In this document: positions 7,481 to 12,364 of the stretch, piece by piece
Layout of the letters: each line of letters begins with the position of its first letter
Position numbering within the stretch: the stretch's first letter is position 1
Assembly (NCBI GenBank): GCA_043779265.1
Contig: JAYWEM010000048.1
Location: 1-12,364 of the forward strand
Length of the DNA: 12,364 nucleotides
From: a bacterium
GTDB taxonomy: Bacteria > Eisenbacteria > RBG-16-71-46
Direction: 5' to 3'
Position numbers and translations under genes: made by a program
Notes under the pieces: generated by a model
The model's input: only the letters and a program-made list of their open reading frames with translations
Database searches by the model: none
Told to the model about the DNA's origin: nothing

Positions 7481-7605
7481 TCTGTTCTCGACGTATCGGT
7501 TGACTCAAGGGGAGCTTGAGATTGCGGTCGCTGTTCGCGTGCGATGGATCGAATCGATGCAGGCCCGTGGACCACTCGCCCGGGCGACTCGCATGGCGGA
7601 TGGGC

Positions 7606-8646
7606 TCAGAAATAGCGAACGCGCACGAGCCCTTGGGCGGCCGGGTCCAGCTCGAAAGCATCACGCAGAATGCTCTCCACCCACAGCGTATCCACGCCAT
7701 CCGCCCCAGCCTCGATCAGGATCACATCGAGATCCCGCCGAGTCGCAGCGACGCGCCTCGCCTCCGAGCCACCCAGAACGAACAAGGCAGTGCCCCAGGC
7801 ATCGGCCTCCATCGCCTGTTCCGCGATGACGGTCACCGCGATGAGGCCGGACGCGGGGCGACCCGACCTCGGGTCGAGGATGTGTCCATAGGTCCGGCCG
7901 TCCTGTGCGACGAACTGCTCGTACTTGCCGGAGGTGGCGATTGCACGGTCGGAAAGTGCCAATCGGCCGAGCGAGGGCGTGCGGTTCCGCGGGTCACGCA
8001 AGCCGATTCGCCAGTGCGGGGCGCCAGGCGGACTGCCCATCGCACGCATGTTGCCCGAGACATCCACCAGTGCGGCGCGCACGCCGTGGGCGATCAGGGA
8101 CTCGGCGGCACAATCGACAGCGTGTCCCTTCGCGATCCCGCCCAGGTCGATCCGGACGCCCGCGCGATCGAACTCGATCGTGCCACTGCGTACATGGTGA
8201 TCGAAGCGTGCGGGGCCGATGAGCGCGCGCGCCGCGACGACTTCAGCCTCGCTCGGAACGCGCTTCACGCCGCCGAGGAAACCCCAGGCGCGGACGAGAG
8301 GCTCCACCGTGATATCGAATGCTCCCTGACTCTCGCCGCCGATGCGGACGGCGGCGGCGAGCACCCGGTTGACCTGGGGTTGGACGATCACCCGGCCATT
8401 TGCGGCAAGTCGATTGATCCTCGCCACCTCACTCGTCTCGGTCCAGTTGCTCATGAGCGAGTCGACTTGCGTCAGGGCGAGCGTGGCCGAGCGAGCCGGC
8501 GCGAGGGTCTCGAGCGAATCCGTGCTCACGATCGCGATCGTCGCGTAGGTCCCCATCGTGCGGATCGAGTGGGTGACGCTACGGGGCGCGGGTGGGCTCG
8601 AGAGCCCGGCGAGCATCAGTGCCGTGAGAACGATGGGTGAGGACAC
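7606..8646 (-). CDS. apbE: FAD:protein FMN transferase
   Basis: Motifs MGT, SEVARIN, GAFDITVEPLVRAWGF, IDLGGIAKG, ATSGKYE, YGHILDPRSG, ADAWGTA; N-terminal export signal. GTG start uncertain. Confidence 0.95.
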   Translation of the reverse strand: MSSPIVLTALMLAGLSSPPAPRSVTHSIRTMGTYATIAIVSTDSLETLAPARSATLALTQVDSLMSNWTETSEVARINRLAANGRVIVQPQVNRVLAAAVRIGGESQGAFDITVEPLVRAWGFLGGVKRVPSEAEVVAARALIGPARFDHHVRSGTIEFDRAGVRIDLGGIAKGHAVDCAAESLIAHGVRAALVDVSGNMRAMGSPPGAPHWRIGLRDPRNRTPSLGRLALSDRAIATSGKYEQFVAQDGRTYGHILDPRSGRPASGLIAVTVIAEQAMEADAWGTALFVLGGSEARRVAATRRDLDVILIEAGADGVDTLWVESILRDAFELDPAAQGLVRVRYF

Positions 8647-8702
8647 GCTCGGGGTATCGGCCAGGCGGGCGAGGGAGGACAGGATGCCTCTCGAGAACGC
8701 GA

Positions 8703-8732
8703 ACGGCCCCGCCGGGCGAGCGACGGGGCCGT
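8703..8732 (-). terminator. GC-rich hairpin, possible intrinsic terminator between the coiled-coil gene and apbE
   Basis: Minus strand ACGGCCCCGTCG...CGGCGGGGCCGT stem, 17 nt after the stop at 8750, followed by a weak U-tract (TCGCGTTCTC). Confidence 0.5.
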
Positions 8733-8749
8733 CTGCATTCGAGGTCCCC

Positions 8750-9619
8750 TCAGGTCGTGACGATGACGACGTGTTTCACGGTCCTGAATTGGGCCGGGTC
8801 GAGGATCCGGAGCACGGTCTCACCGGGGAGCACTTGCAGCTCATAGCTGGCGGCCGGTTGGTCGCTCACCACCTGGGCTCGGGCCGAAGGGATACGGATC
8901 TCGGTCTGGTGGTCGGTATCGAGCGGCGTGAAGAGATCGGAATCGATACGGCCGGTGGCCTCGAGCGTTCGGCCGAGTCCGAGCACGCCGCCCTTGGCGA
9001 TGGCGACGCCGGAATCAGTCAGACGCTTCTTGTTCCCGATGGCGTAGAAGACCGTGCCCAACTCGGATCGACGGGCCTCGAGGGCCTGGTCGCGCGCCTC
9101 GATCACGCCATGATTGGTCTCCACCTCGGCGACAAGTCCCGTGACGCGCGTCTCGAGCTGGGCGACCGCCTGGGTCAGGGCCGTGACTTGGGTCTCCTTC
9201 TCGGACACGTTCTTCTTGAGGCTGGCGACCATGCGCTCGAGCCCGGCGGCCCGAACGCCGCTCTTCGCGAGCTGGCGATCGAGTTCGAGGATGCGCGTCT
9301 TGGCCCGATCGATCCCGGCCTTGACCACGGAGATCCGAGCCAAGGTGGCGTCGCCGCGGGTCTCGGAGAGCTTCTGCTCGCTCGTGAGATCCGAGTCGAG
9401 CAGTTGCCCGTCACCACCCAGCATGATGGCGCTCAGGCTGTCCTGGATCGCCGCGATCTCGTCGATCGCATGGCTGTAGCGGGTGCGGGTCTGATTCTCC
9501 TCGTTCTGGAGCGTCGCGACATCGCCCTGACTCCGCTCCAACTGCATGTAGAGCCAGGCGCCGCCGCCTGCGAGGGCCAGAACGAGAACGGTGAGGATGG
9601 GGAGCAGGAGCTTGCGCAT
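8750..9619 (-). CDS. Membrane-anchored coiled-coil protein, possibly related to the Bacteroidota Cbp1-like family
   Basis: ATG at 9619 with AAGGAG RBS; N-terminal TM/signal, long heptad region, and C-terminal globular domain (TVFYAIGNKKRL...GGVLGLG...FTPLD...P..SY.L...LRILDP..F...KHVVI). Family assignment is from memory only. Confidence 0.7.
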   Translation of the reverse strand: MRKLLLPILTVLVLALAGGGAWLYMQLERSQGDVATLQNEENQTRTRYSHAIDEIAAIQDSLSAIMLGGDGQLLDSDLTSEQKLSETRGDATLARISVVKAGIDRAKTRILELDRQLAKSGVRAAGLERMVASLKKNVSEKETQVTALTQAVAQLETRVTGLVAEVETNHGVIEARDQALEARRSELGTVFYAIGNKKRLTDSGVAIAKGGVLGLGRTLEATGRIDSDLFTPLDTDHQTEIRIPSARAQVVSDQPAASYELQVLPGETVLRILDPAQFRTVKHVVIVTT

Positions 9620-9780
9620 GATCGATCTCTCCTTGTCGGCGTCACATCCGGGTGAATGGTGGGGAGGAGTGGCCGGGTCGCGCCGTGTCCCCGGTCGAGT
9701 CACTCTACCCCTCACCCCATCATCCGACGCCGGCGCAAGCCAGCCTTGACGCAGGCTTCACGCCCGAGTCGGCACCGGTC

Positions 9781-11601
9781 TCAGGCGCCCTGCTTCTTCT
9801 CGATGCGCGCCCACGGGTCTTTCAGCGTGACCGTGCGATTGAACACCAGAGCGCCTGGTTTGGAGTCGCGGACATCCGGTACGAAGTATCCCGTCCGCTC
9901 GAACTGCACCGGCACGCCGGCGGGCGAGTCGGCGAGCGAGGGCTCGAGTCGACAGCCCTGCAGCACCTCGAGGGAGGTCGGGTTCAAGTCGGCGAGGAAG
10001 TCCCCGTCCCCCGACGCCGCGTCGGGATTCTCGCTCATGAAGAGGATGTCGTAGAGCCGGACCTCGGCTTCCACGGCGTGCGCAGCGGAGACCCAGTGGA
10101 TGGTCGCCTTCACCTTGCGGCCATCCGGGGGATTCCCATGGCGTGTCGCGGGATCATGCGTGGCCCGAACTTCGACGATCCGACCGGAGTCGTCCTTGAT
10201 CACGCTCGTGCAGCGGATCCAGTAGGCGCCACGAAGGCGCACCTCGACGCCGGGCGAGAGCCGGAAGTACTTGGGCGGGGGGACCTCGCGGAAGTCATCC
10301 TCGTCGATCCAAAGTTCACGCGAGAACGGGACCTTGCGCTCGCCCGCAGCCTCGTCCTCGGGATTGTTGACGAGTTCCATCCACTCGATGCGATCCGCTG
10401 GGTAGTCCTCGATGACGACCTTGATCGGCCGCAGCACCGCCATGCGGCGCAGCGCATGGCGGTTCAGGTCCTCGCGGACGCAGTGCTCGAGCAGCGCCAG
10501 TTCGACGCGATTCTCCCGGCGCGCGATGCCGATCCGCTCCGCGAAATCGCGCAGTGCGCGAGCGGGATAGCCGCGCCGCCGCATCGCGCTGATCGTCGGC
10601 ATGCGCGGGTCATCCCAACCCCGGACATGTCCCTCCTGGACGAGTCGCAGGAACTTCCGCTTGCTCATGACCGTGTGCGTCAGGTTCAGACGGGCGAACT
10701 CGTACTGGTGTGGAACCGGGCGGGGCAGCTCGAGGGAGGCGAGCAGCCAATCGTAGAGCGGCCGATGCGGGACGAACTCGAGCGTGCAGATGCTGTGCGT
10801 GATCCCCTCGATGTAGTCCGACAGGCCATGCGCGAAGTCGTACAGAGGATAGATGCACCAGGTGTCGCCGGTGTGATGGTGATGCGCATGGCGGATACGG
10901 TAGAGGACCGGATCACGGAGCCACACGTTGGGGGACGCCACATCGATGCGGGCGCGCAGCGTGCGGCTGCCATCCGGGAACTCGCCCGCCTTCATGCGAG
11001 CGAACAGAGCGAGGCTCTCCGCGACGCTGCGATCGCGATATCGGCTGGGCTCGCTCGCCTCACCCGGCGCGCCGCGCATGCGATCGACTTCATCGGCCGT
11101 GTGATCGCAGACGTACGCCGCACCCTTCTCGATCAGACGGACGGCGAATGCATGCAACGGCTCGAAGTAATCGGACGCACGGAAGGTCTCCACGGCGATG
11201 CCGTCACCGGGTGCAGCGGCGGCGATGTGGAAGTCGTCGCCCGTCGCAAGCGGCGCCTCACCCTTGCGCTTGAAGCCGAGGTTCTCGTCGGCCCATCCCG
11301 AGACGAGCCAGCGGACGTCGGCGACGATCGACTCCTCGTACTCGATGTCCTCCTTCGCCGGATTCGTGTCATCCATGCGCAGGTGGCAGACGCCGCCGAA
11401 CTGCTTGGCGATCCCGACGTTCAGGCAGATCGACTTGGCGTGCCCGACGTGCAGATAGCCGTTGGGCTCGGGAGGGAAGCGGGTGATGACGCGGCTGTGC
11501 GCTCCGCTGGCCAGATCGGCCTTCACGATCTCGCGGATGAAATCCTCGCGCTCGGCTGCTCCATCGCCAGCGGCTGCGTGCGGGGCTTCCGTCTCGGACA
11601 T
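9781..11601 (-). CDS. glnS: Glutamine--tRNA ligase
   Basis: TRFPPEPNGYLHVGHAKSICLN (HIGH motif), WCIYPLYDFAH, THSICTLEF, VMSKRK, GWDDPRMPTI, KVKATIHWVS, QFERTGYF, FNRTVTLKD. ATG at 11601 with GAAGG RBS. Confidence 0.97.
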   Translation of the reverse strand: MSETEAPHAAAGDGAAEREDFIREIVKADLASGAHSRVITRFPPEPNGYLHVGHAKSICLNVGIAKQFGGVCHLRMDDTNPAKEDIEYEESIVADVRWLVSGWADENLGFKRKGEAPLATGDDFHIAAAAPGDGIAVETFRASDYFEPLHAFAVRLIEKGAAYVCDHTADEVDRMRGAPGEASEPSRYRDRSVAESLALFARMKAGEFPDGSRTLRARIDVASPNVWLRDPVLYRIRHAHHHHTGDTWCIYPLYDFAHGLSDYIEGITHSICTLEFVPHRPLYDWLLASLELPRPVPHQYEFARLNLTHTVMSKRKFLRLVQEGHVRGWDDPRMPTISAMRRRGYPARALRDFAERIGIARRENRVELALLEHCVREDLNRHALRRMAVLRPIKVVIEDYPADRIEWMELVNNPEDEAAGERKVPFSRELWIDEDDFREVPPPKYFRLSPGVEVRLRGAYWIRCTSVIKDDSGRIVEVRATHDPATRHGNPPDGRKVKATIHWVSAAHAVEAEVRLYDILFMSENPDAASGDGDFLADLNPTSLEVLQGCRLEPSLADSPAGVPVQFERTGYFVPDVRDSKPGALVFNRTVTLKDPWARIEKKQGA

Positions 11602-11767
11602 GGCACCTTCGGGGTGGGGCGTGGGGAGTGGCTTCACGATCCGGGGCAGCGAACCGCATCCGCGCAGGTCTGTCCAGCGATCGGGATCGGGAGTAACCTG
11701 CCCGGCTTCAAGCGGTTCCCGCCCTCGGCACTCAGCACGGTGGCGGACCCTTTCATGGAGGCAAGCC

Positions 11768-12331
11768 ATGCTGCGGAAGATCCTGATCGCCCTCGTCGTC
11801 CTGGTCCTCGTGTTCGTCGGCTTCGTCGCGACCCGCCCGGCTCACTTCAACATCGAGCGCTCCGCCCAGATCGCCGCGAGCCCCGAAGGGATCTATCCGC
11901 ACGTCGCCGACTTCCACCAATGGGCCGACTGGTCACCGTGGGACAAGATCGACTCGACGATGGTCAAGACGATCACCGGGGATGCCATGGCGGTCGGCTC
12001 CGAGTATCACTGGGTCGGCACAGGTGAAGCAGGTGAGGGCCGCATGACCATCACGGCCACGACACCGCCCAACTCGCTCACCATCAAGCTCGACTTCCTC
12101 AAGCCGTTCGTGGCGACGAACACGACTGCCTTCGCGATCGACGGTTCGGCCGATGGCTCCACGGTGAAGTGGACGATGTCCGGCGAGAACAACTTCATGG
12201 CGAAGGCCATGGGCGTGTTCATGAACATGGATCAGTTGGTGGGCGGGGACTTCGAGAAGGGTCTCGAGGACCTCAAGCGGATCACCGAGGCCGAGGCCGC
12301 CGCCGCCGTCGACACGACCGCATCGATGTGA
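11768..12331 (+). CDS. SRPBCC (polyketide cyclase/dehydrase, START-like) family protein with N-terminal membrane anchor
   Basis: ATG at 11768 with GGAGG RBS; MLRKILIALVVLVLVFVGFVATRP, IERSAQIAASPE, WSPW, GEGRMTI, LDFLKPF, TVKWTM, MDQLVGGDFEKGL..LK. Confidence 0.9.
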   Translation: MLRKILIALVVLVLVFVGFVATRPAHFNIERSAQIAASPEGIYPHVADFHQWADWSPWDKIDSTMVKTITGDAMAVGSEYHWVGTGEAGEGRMTITATTPPNSLTIKLDFLKPFVATNTTAFAIDGSADGSTVKWTMSGENNFMAKAMGVFMNMDQLVGGDFEKGLEDLKRITEAEAAAAVDTTASM

Positions 12332-12364
12332 CGCAACCCGGACAGCGAGGCCGCAGGCGTCAGC

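Noticed and set aside
7576..7587. Perfect 12-bp palindrome TCGCCCGGGCGA
   Set aside because: Almost all GC, so plausible by chance; no loop or U-tract to make a terminator.
11462..11769. Extended starts for glnS (11769) and the SRPBCC gene (11462)
   Set aside because: They would make the divergent genes overlap; RBS-supported ATGs lie at 11601 and 11768.
7516..12027. Plus-strand ORFs 7516-8640, 8558-9655 and 9652-12027
   Set aside because: Antisense to apbE, the coiled-coil gene and glnS; no recognisable domains.
1..12364. CRISPR arrays, tRNA/rRNA genes, transposases or integrases
   Set aside because: No regularly spaced repeats, RNA gene signatures or mobile-element proteins seen; nearly all sequence is accounted for by coding genes.

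Overview
High-GC bacterial window. The FlgD-Ig/T9SS-type-A-like C-terminal domain points to an FCB-associated lineage such as Eisenbacteria, Krumholzibacteriota or Latescibacterota (inference). Almost everything is on the minus strand: glnS, a membrane-anchored coiled-coil protein, apbE (flavin transferase), then a ~310-bp intergenic region with a well-spaced sigma-54-type promoter and a structured leader. After that comes a tightly coupled operon of envelope proteins: a cytochrome c lipoprotein with an atypical CX5CH motif, a small outer-membrane beta-barrel, an HzsA-like beta-propeller di-heme lipoprotein, a TlpA-like thioredoxin, a DUF4266-like protein, a DUF3570-like barrel with a variant flavinylation motif, an NHL-propeller/FlgD-Ig secreted protein, and a lipoprotein running off the left edge. 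An SRPBCC gene is transcribed divergently at the right end. The main candidate novelty is an ApbE/DUF3570/DUF4266/thioredoxin flavinylation module joined to c-type cytochromes and a porin, i.e. a possible trans-outer-membrane redox system. All family calls come from motif recognition, not database searches.
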